IMG/VR virus record: IMGVR_UViG_3300032883_000188
Location: 1 to 64,000 of that record
Origin: a virus
DNA length: 64,000 nt
Direction: 5' to 3' (one strand)
Shown: positions 57,583 to 64,000 of the stretch, one piece after another
Numbering within the stretch: position 1 is the stretch's first letter
Layout: every line of letters begins with the position of its first letter
Notes under the pieces: generated by a model
What the model saw: the letters and a program-made list of their open reading frames with translations, nothing else
The model's database searches: none
What the model was told of the DNA's origin: nothing
Program-made: the position numbers and the translations under genes

Positions 57583-59142
57583 TTATATCGTAACAGCGCT
57601 GTACTCTTCGGAGTTCAATACTTCTAGCATTGCGTCATAGGCAGTTACACCTACGGCGTTTAAAATGCCCTTAAATACACTTGGAGACTGTCCGCTTGCA
57701 AGCTGGATACCGTGCTCATCCTTGGTGGCGTGAAACACGTTGCCGTTGCGGGAGTCAACATTCCAATAAACCATGTCTGGTAGTTCGTAACCAGCATGTG
57801 CGAATCTGGTCTTTAGCTCGGTAGTGAAGTCAACCTTGCGGCTGGTGCTACGACTATTACGGCTCATGAAACTATAACCGTTTTGAACACTATCGATTTC
57901 CATATCGGAGATAACCACAATCTTTGCTGGCATGTCTTCCTGAGAAACCTTGTTCTTTACAGCAACATCCAGAAGCAGTTCGAAAACAGCTTCCAAGTTG
58001 GTGTTGGAGTCGTCATGGTCAACGCAAGCAACCTTGTCCTTAAGAGTTGCACCCTTAAGCGTAATGAAATGAGGTGTGCTTGAGAAGGTCATGAACTGGT
58101 TGTGGAACTGCCCCTTATTGTGCTCGGCAAAGTAAATACCAAGACCAATGGAGGTGCAAACAGGACGACCCTGCATAGAACCGGAAGTGTCCGCAACAAT
58201 CAAGACATTCTCCCCGTTTTCCACATAATTAGGAAGAGCATTCCACTGTGCTTCAAGAGTCTCATCCCAAGAGGCAAGACCGTATACATCATGACGACCA
58301 CTATAATAACCGCGTCTTCCATCCGTATAGTAACCTGCGCTCAAACCAGCCTTTTCCAAGATATCGTAAGGGTAAAGAGTTGCAGAGTGAATAACTGCAT
58401 CACCCTTCTTGACAGCCTCAAGATACTTGACAAAACGCTCACCATCGTGCTTTGAGAACGCCTTACGGCTGTTCGTCATAGCCTTACTGCAAACCTTCTC
58501 GAAATCAATTTCATTCCAGTTGTTTGCAGACATTTTCTTTTCAACAACCGCATTACCCAACGCACCACGAATGTTGGAAAGGATTCTGCGGTAATCGCGC
58601 TCGGAGAAACCCAACTTGTTGGCGGTATAACGTCCCAAAGCGCGGGTCTTCAAAGAAGATGAGTTAACGGACTTGAGCCACTTTGCAAGCAAAGAAGGAC
58701 TCTTGCCCTTGGTACGGATTGTCTTAATATCCTCTACCAATTGGGTGCTAATAAAGCCCCACATCTCATTTTCTATTGGAGTATCAATGAACATATACAG
58801 GTCGTCCCAACGTCCAAAGACAGGAACAAGGTGCATGTTCTTTTTCATGATTTCTGGTACGTTAATAGCCAACCAGCGCCACATGAAACGGCTGACAGTA
58901 CGCTCACCCAAGCCACCGCGAATGTTACGTGCATAGAAACTTAACTTGGTAGCAAGCAAGCGGTCTTCCGCAAAAGCGGATGCGAACATGTCGATTACAT
59001 CGCCCGGGCGGGTGCGCAATGCACCAACCGTGCCATATAAATCGAGTAAAGAACTTCCAGTGCTGGAACGAGCAATCTGTCCGTTCTCCGTGAAAGTCCA
59101 GTTGAATTCCTCACCCAATAGAGTTGCGAAATTCTTGTTCAT
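57583..59142 (-). CDS. DUF2828-family TROVE/Ro60-like protein with vWA domain
   Basis: TENG, R.IRGG.GER, GRWDDL, SLLAKWL, LYPYDI, QW..LP.Y, MIDAS DTSGSM, ISDME.D, YWNV. Confidence 0.85.
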   Translation of the reverse strand: MNKNFATLLGEEFNWTFTENGQIARSSTGSSLLDLYGTVGALRTRPGDVIDMFASAFAEDRLLATKLSFYARNIRGGLGERTVSRFMWRWLAINVPEIMKKNMHLVPVFGRWDDLYMFIDTPIENEMWGFISTQLVEDIKTIRTKGKSPSLLAKWLKSVNSSSLKTRALGRYTANKLGFSERDYRRILSNIRGALGNAVVEKKMSANNWNEIDFEKVCSKAMTNSRKAFSKHDGERFVKYLEAVKKGDAVIHSATLYPYDILEKAGLSAGYYTDGRRGYYSGRHDVYGLASWDETLEAQWNALPNYVENGENVLIVADTSGSMQGRPVCTSIGLGIYFAEHNKGQFHNQFMTFSSTPHFITLKGATLKDKVACVDHDDSNTNLEAVFELLLDVAVKNKVSQEDMPAKIVVISDMEIDSVQNGYSFMSRNSRSTSRKVDFTTELKTRFAHAGYELPDMVYWNVDSRNGNVFHATKDEHGIQLASGQSPSVFKGILNAVGVTAYDAMLEVLNSEEYSAVTI

Positions 59143-59169
59143 TGTGAATCTCCCTTAGAATTTTAGTCT

Positions 59170-59947
59170 AGGCACATTTCGGAAAACGCTGTTAGTGCCT
59201 GAATTCTTATTTGGCTAGACACCCTTTTCTCCAATTATCATTTGGGTTTTCATTTGGGTTGCTGTAGGCGTCTAATTTTATAATTGCATCAAGACAGTTT
59301 GTTTTTATTAAAAATCGCATTGCAATTTTTCTCGGAATCGAACCAAGTTTATCCAGTTGTTGTGTCGCTGTAACTGTCTTTCTTATATAATCTTATGCAA
59401 GACCCGTAAACATTTCACATTAACAGTGTGGGTTTTTTGAGTTGCAGTGAGGGTCTTAAATTTATTATTTTATGCAAGGCACTATTAACATTTTCATCCA
59501 TTGAAAGGTTTGTTTGGGTTGCTGTGAGTGCCTTCTTACTTGCTGACCATTATCAGCCTTTCTTTCACTCTTTTCTATTTTCACGGCTCATTTTGAAGTG
59601 ACATTCAATTTTTTGGGGTCATTTTGTATTTGGGTTGCTGTATAAGCCGTAATTTATATATTCATTATACCATATTTTTCATATTTTGTCAAGACTCGGT
59701 TTTTAGCCTTTTTTCTCCGTCATGCTTGGGACGCAATATCCATAACTGTAAGTATGAATGCTGTACAAAGTCTTTAGAATATGAATTCGTGCCGGGACGC
59801 ATATATTGCGCTTTATCCCGGTGACATCCCATGGATTAGACCCCTACTTTTTTTATATCCAAGGCTCGTTTTTTTCGGGGCTAACCCTCGGGATGGCTGT
59901 GCCATCAGACGGTTTTTCAACCAAGTTTGGGTTGCTGTATGAGCCTT
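59170..59947 (-). ncRNA. array of 8 structured RNA units (closing stem + ACAGC(A/G) + variable cargo)
   Basis: Units 59170-59200, 59216-59274, 59291-59380, 59399-59457, 59476-59534, 59583-59650, 59691-59774, 59861-59947; terminal stems differ in sequence but always pair. Confidence 0.75.
59664..59692 (-). promoter_or_regulatory. sigma70-type promoter inside the RNA array
   Basis: TTGACA-17-TATAAT with TG on the - strand. Confidence 0.8.
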
Positions 59948-59951
59948 ATAG

Positions 59952-60023
59952 CTGGCGGGAAAGGATTCGAACCTCTAACCTTGACGTTCAGAGCGTCCTG
60001 CGCTACCGTTGCGCTACTCGCCA
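59952..60023 (-). tRNA. tRNA-Gln(CTG)
   Basis: Cloverleaf, loop CT-CTG-AA, GGTTCGAATCC. Confidence 0.85.
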
Positions 60024-60027
60024 ATGT

Positions 60028-60606
60028 TTAAGCACATTTTAATGTGCCATATGCCTTTTGCCTATATGCTATAATATTATCATCCCTTATAACATAAGAA
60101 AAATCGCTTTTTGAAAGTCTTTGCATTTCCCTATTTATTTCAGAAGGATTGCAATTGCGCCATTCAAAAGTAATACTATCTATTGCGTCTACATCGAACT
60201 GCTTCAATATCTCGCAATCATGACCTTCGGCATCTATTTTCAAATAATCAATCTTTTCAACTTTATGTTTTTCAAGAAGGTCTGCAACTGTTATCATTGG
60301 TAGTACTATTTCACTCAAAATGTTTCTTGCATTATCAGTATGGTATTTATGTAAAGAGCCTACACCTCTCATCCAATCTCCCAAATTCATCCTCTTTATG
60401 GTTTCTTGGGTGACATAGTAAAAAGGAAAATTTCCTCTTTCAGTTCCGATAATTGAATTTTCGTAGGATACACCTTCTACACGCTCAATCAGATTAAAAT
60501 ACTCGGGCACTGGTTCTACAACCAAGCCATTCCAGCCCTCATCACGAGCCAGATAAACAAGATTTGAAAAGTAGTTTGCACCAATTTCTACAAAGAATTT
60601 TTTCAT
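60028..60606 (-). CDS. FkbM-family methyltransferase
   Basis: FVEIGAN, VVEPV, YLKIDAEGHD. Confidence 0.85.
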   Translation of the reverse strand: MKKFFVEIGANYFSNLVYLARDEGWNGLVVEPVPEYFNLIERVEGVSYENSIIGTERGNFPFYYVTQETIKRMNLGDWMRGVGSLHKYHTDNARNILSEIVLPMITVADLLEKHKVEKIDYLKIDAEGHDCEILKQFDVDAIDSITFEWRNCNPSEINREMQRLSKSDFSYVIRDDNIIAYRQKAYGTLKCA

Positions 60607-60625
60607 TGACTCCTCTTAAATAAGG

Positions 60626-60696
60626 CAGGTAGTGAGAGATTCGAACTCCCGTCAGAAGTTTTGGAGACAACTATCCTTCCACTAGACGAACCACCT
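60626..60696 (-). tRNA. tRNA-Trp(CCA)
   Basis: Cloverleaf, loop CT-CCA-AA; two U.U mismatches in the anticodon stem. Confidence 0.75.
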
Positions 60697-60757
60697 GTGC
60701 ATCAGACGCCATTACTGGCGTCTAAAGAACTTTTTGTACACATGGTACATAAGGCTG

Positions 60758-60830
60758 TGGAGCAGGTGGGTTTCGAACCCGCGACCTCTTCAATGCCATT
60801 GAAGCGCTCTCCCAATTGAGCTACAACCCC
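60758..60830 (-). tRNA. tRNA-Ala(GGC)
   Basis: G3.U70, loop AT-GGC-AT. Confidence 0.85.
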
Positions 60831-60834
60831 ATAG

Positions 60835-60907
60835 TGGACTAGACGAGACTCGAACTCGTAATCTTCTCGTTGCGGACGAGACGCGTTCCCGCTTGCGCTA
60901 CAAGCCC
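60835..60907 (-). tRNA. tRNA-Ala(CGC)
   Basis: G3.U70, loop TC-CGC-AA (C33). Confidence 0.8.
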
Positions 60908-60925
60908 ATACTAATTGTGTTACAG

Positions 60926-60999
60926 TGGACACGGCGAGACTCGAACTCGCAATTCCTTCTTGCAAAGGAGGCGTTTTCCCGATTGGCTACTACGCGCCC
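60926..60999 (-). tRNA. tRNA-Ala(TGC)
   Basis: G3.U70, loop TT-TGC-AA. Confidence 0.8.
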
Positions 61000-61084
61000 A
61001 TTTTGGGGGATATTATTCCCCCTTTTTTAACTTTTAATTGAGGAGCAGGAGAGTCGTATACCTGCCAATTTAAGCATGAATAAT

Positions 61085-61113
61085 ATTATACCACATAAAC
61101 TTGCATTTGTCAA
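61085..61113 (-). promoter_or_regulatory. sigma70-type promoter for the tRNA cluster
   Basis: TTGACA-17-TATAAT with TG. Confidence 0.85.
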
Positions 61114-61204
61114 GGGCTATTATCCATAGGCTTGCGAGTATTTATTGACGGACTTTAACCGTCTCAAAACCCATACGGGTTTTCTCATCCTCAATCTATA
61201 TATC

Positions 61205-61233
61205 ATTATACCACACTTTTGTTATTTTGTCAA
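61205..61233 (-). promoter_or_regulatory. second tandem sigma70-type promoter
   Basis: TTGACA-17-TATAAT with TG. Confidence 0.85.
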
Positions 61234-61251
61234 GGGTATAAAATCTTTATT

Positions 61252-61782
61252 TTAATAGTGATTGGTCAATAACAATCTACCAATTACGGTCTGTTCCCCA
61301 CTGGCTTGATATGTTACATAAACGTGCCATAGCCTTACCGTATAATCCGTATGGCTTCCTGACCATGGATTTACTGGCATAGCGGCATATGAATTGGTAT
61401 CGTCTTTAAATGAATTTTGACCAGTTGTAGTGCCATAGTAAGCCAACGTTGTGGAGGTTGTGCTGGCTTCTGCGCCGAACCAGTACGTAGTATTGTTTGC
61501 CAAAGCATATGGGGTATTGAAGGTTACCGTAAACCAATTAAGTGATATTACTCCAAATGTAGCTTGTCCATTAGCCAAAAGATTGTTTGGAAGATTGCTG
61601 GAATCAGAATATAAAGCAACTTTCATATCTCCGGTAGTAGTTGCATTTAGATACCAACTCATGCTTACAGCATTTTGTCCACTCACAGTACCGTCTGTTG
61701 TAAATTGGGCATATTTTGCCGTACCGCCTGTATCAATATAGGAACTTGCACCACCTGTGTCCTGATTACCAAACCAGCCCAT
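61252..61782 (-). CDS. beta-rich putative virion protein
   Basis: VALYSD....P..LLA...W.TV.F..P..L....TYW. Confidence 0.65.
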   Translation of the reverse strand: MGWFGNQDTGGASSYIDTGGTAKYAQFTTDGTVSGQNAVSMSWYLNATTTGDMKVALYSDSSNLPNNLLANGQATFGVISLNWFTVTFNTPYALANNTTYWFGAEASTTSTTLAYYGTTTGQNSFKDDTNSYAAMPVNPWSGSHTDYTVRLWHVYVTYQASGEQTVIGRLLLTNHY

Positions 61783-61791
61783 ATTCCCTCC

Positions 61792-62898
61792 TTATATCTT
61801 TTTGAACCATATAGTTCCAAAAACACCATCCGGTTTTCCAAATTTGTCTGTCACCGCTCTTACAACCTCGGGGAAATTATTTGGGTCATAATCATGCCCA
61901 CATATTAATTTTTTTGCTTTAGGATACCAGTTATTGATGTCTGATAATGTTTCTAGATATGTATGCCCCGCATCAATAAAAACCATGTCCACTGATTTAG
62001 TAGTAAATCTCTGTGATGCTTCATTGGTAGTCATTTTTAAAACATTTATATTTTTAAATTCTTTTGTATTTTTCAAGAACTCGGAATAAATATCCTCGCT
62101 TTCGGAAAGTTCTTTTGTTCTATCTCCAATACTTCCAAGCCAGTGGTCTACACACCACACCGTTCCTTTGCAACCGCTGGCTAAAGCGTGTGTACTTCTA
62201 CCTTTCCAAGAACCTAGTTCTACTATACTGTCCATTTGTTTTGCTTGATTATATAAAAACTCCATTTCACTTGGAAACATCCAGCCTTCGATTTCCGGTA
62301 CAACATACTCTGAAACAGCGTAATTATCCACTCCTAATTTTATTTTACCAACATGATGTACGTTCTGGCTTAAATCATGGTCAATCCATATTTTATAACC
62401 ATATTTTCTGGCTAACTCACAAAAATAAATGTCTTCTCCCAAATAATAAGTACCCATCCAAGGCATGTTGAAACGAGGAAGGGGCAGTTTTTTAAGCACA
62501 TCCGTCTTTATTAAAACAAGCCCCATCCCAATCGAATCAACTTCTTGTATACCTGTTTTACCTACTGAACTCACTCCTTGATGGTTTATCATGGCTGTCC
62601 ATTTCTCTTGCTCAACTCTTTGTATATAATTTGCACCAATAATATCTTTATCGCGAGAACGTAACCTTTCAATCGAATCTTTTGGAAACATCATATCGGA
62701 ATCAATAAAAGATAAATGGGTTGCACCTATTTTGGAAACCGCATCCGCCGCGCCTTCTCTTAGTGTTTGTATATAAGAGCCAACAACGGCGGCGAAAGAA
62801 TATTCTGGATTTGTACGAAGCAATTCGACCAAATCACAATGAGTATTTACGTCTATCACATCTCTGGTGAGCGTGCATACGTATATCATTTTTATCAC
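61792..62898 (-). CDS. GT-A glycosyltransferase fused to a class I SAM methyltransferase
   Basis: FIDSD, GEDIYFC; VELGSWKGRS, FIDAGH, GHDY. Confidence 0.85.
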   Translation of the reverse strand: MIKMIYVCTLTRDVIDVNTHCDLVELLRTNPEYSFAAVVGSYIQTLREGAADAVSKIGATHLSFIDSDMMFPKDSIERLRSRDKDIIGANYIQRVEQEKWTAMINHQGVSSVGKTGIQEVDSIGMGLVLIKTDVLKKLPLPRFNMPWMGTYYLGEDIYFCELARKYGYKIWIDHDLSQNVHHVGKIKLGVDNYAVSEYVVPEIEGWMFPSEMEFLYNQAKQMDSIVELGSWKGRSTHALASGCKGTVWCVDHWLGSIGDRTKELSESEDIYSEFLKNTKEFKNINVLKMTTNEASQRFTTKSVDMVFIDAGHTYLETLSDINNWYPKAKKLICGHDYDPNNFPEVVRAVTDKFGKPDGVFGTIWFKKI

Positions 62899-62915
62899 AA
62901 TCTCCTGATAATTTT

Positions 62916-64000
62916 TTAACCAAAGTTACCACCAAAAGCGGCTGTATCTGCACCGAGTTCTGATATACGGAAAAAACTATCAGCCTGTACAAGAACTGTT
63001 GTACCCGGTGCGGCACTAAATTGAAATTGTGGAATAATTGTTCCACCTGTGTTTATTCTCATAATTCCAGAAGCCCTAAGCCACCATGCTGTAGTACCCG
63101 TTGCAACTATAACTGTTGCGGCGGCTGTTTGTACATGGGTACTGCTTTGGGCTGTACCCGTGGTATCCTCGGCAACAAATTGCCCTAAGCCCATATATCT
63201 TATTCTTGTATAGGTTGCCGTACCACCAAAAGCCAAAGCCTTTGTGCATGTGGTTGTACCATTGGTTACAGAAATAAATAAATCAAACCAATAGGTTTTA
63301 TTTGCGGAGGCTGTAAATGCATCATGCGCGGCAGGAAAACACGGTTGTACTGCACCCGAACCACCCGTGTTGTAGCCTGTATAGTCGCCTGTATTAGAAC
63401 ACCAATAAACAGTTGCGCCTGTAGCGCCTACGACACCTGTTGCTCCTGTTATACCTTGTATACCTGCGCCCGTTTGACCTTGGATACCAGTTTGACCCTG
63501 TATACCCGTTTGTCCTGTAGCACCTTGAGTACCACCACCTGTTGTACCTTGTATACCTGTAACACCTGTTAAGCCCTGTAAACCTGTACCTCCCTGAGAA
63601 ACCCATATATCCCATTTTGTAGGAGATGAAGAAGGAGGGTTGCCTTGGTTAGCACCTGTTTTGGAAATATAGGCAGAGCCAGTATAAGATACAGCATCGG
63701 CAGTAGTATAAGTAGTACCTGTAACCCAAGCGCCATACCAAGAACCTTGTACGCTTTGTCCTGTAACACCTGTTAAACCTTGCAAACCTGTAACACCAGT
63801 TATACCCTGCGTACCCCCACCAGTTTGTCCTTGGATACCTGTTTGCCCCTGTATACCCGTTACACCTGTTAAACCTTGCGTACCTGCGCCTGTCTGACCT
63901 TGTATACCAGTTTGACCTTGTATGCCTGTAACACCTGTTAAGCCCTGTGTACCTGCACCAGTTTGTCCCTGAATACCTGTTTGCCCTTGTATACCCGTAA
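62916..64000 (-). CDS. collagen-like fibre protein (5' end lies beyond the window)
   Basis: Frame stays open to the window edge; G-X-T/G-X-Q triplets; W..GTTY...D.V.Y.GS.Y module. Confidence 0.85.
   Translation of the reverse strand, partial: TGIQGQTGIQGQTGAGTQGLTGVTGIQGQTGIQGQTGAGTQGLTGVTGIQGQTGIQGQTGGGTQGITGVTGLQGLTGVTGQSVQGSWYGAWVTGTTYTTADAVSYTGSAYISKTGANQGNPPSSSPTKWDIWVSQGGTGLQGLTGVTGIQGTTGGGTQGATGQTGIQGQTGIQGQTGAGIQGITGATGVVGATGATVYWCSNTGDYTGYNTGGSGAVQPCFPAAHDAFTASANKTYWFDLFISVTNGTTTCTKALAFGGTATYTRIRYMGLGQFVAEDTTGTAQSSTHVQTAAATVIVATGTTAWWLRASGIMRINTGGTIIPQFQFSAAPGTTVLVQADSFFRISELGADTAAFGGNFG
63410..64000 (-). repeat. collagen-coding tandem repeat, 69-bp (23-aa) period in the distal part
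   Basis: Unit [13 protein letters not shown](A/G)GTQGLTGVT recurs at 63812, 63881, 63950. Confidence 0.85.

Noticed and set aside
59457-59472. One-mismatch boundary motif between array units
   Set aside because: It lies in a nearly pure AT linker, so a chance match is likely
59792-59821. Hairpin CCGGGA...TCCCGG (and AGACGCC/GGCGTCT near 60704-60723) as extra array units
   Set aside because: Both lack the ACAGC motif
59170-59947. CRISPR array interpretation of the repeated GGGTTGCTGT motif
   Set aside because: Repeats are short and non-identical, spacing is irregular, each unit is closed by its own covarying stem, and there is no cas operon
40-63769. Many antisense or overlapping ORFs in the ORF track (e.g. 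9209-9775, 12245-12787, 40152-40802, 48742-49359) and upstream TTG/GTG extensions
   Set aside because: They shadow well-supported genes and lack RBS or motifs; starts were moved to RBS-supported ATGs
1-64000. Stop-codon reassignment
   Set aside because: Long conserved genes are intact under the standard code, all three stop codons terminate genes, and no suppressor tRNA is seen

Overview
This is 64 kb of a large tailed-phage genome (siphovirus-type gene set, with a gene order resembling SPbeta-like phages). Two arms converge on a bidirectional terminator near 22.15 kb. The + arm (1-22.1 kb) has dense small accessory ORFs, then a TAGT/GREB1-like glycosyltransferase, a Sak4-like ATPase, SSB, an HTH replication protein, a PrimPol-DnaB fusion, a PD-(D/E)XK nuclease, a family-B DNA polymerase, nucleotide-metabolism genes (NT5C, IMPDH/GMPR-like, class II RNR, MazG-like) and two predicted signal sponges (Tad1/Acb2-like and Tad2). 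The - arm (22.2-64 kb) has a collagen-like fibre with glycosyl- and methyltransferases, six tRNAs, a DUF2828 (TROVE/Ro60-like vWA) gene, terminase, portal, ferritin, head and tail genes, RuvC, a tyrosine recombinase, tape measure, baseplate/fibre genes and membrane proteins. Two signals are not explained by standard annotation. (1) An array of eight structured RNA units (covarying closing stem, conserved ACAGC, variable tRNA-fragment-like cargo) lies directly upstream of the Ro60-like gene. (2) A palindromic TAAAA-N6-TTTTA motif marks the boundaries of the small accessory genes like a cassette site. All protein calls come from motif recognition by eye, not database searches.
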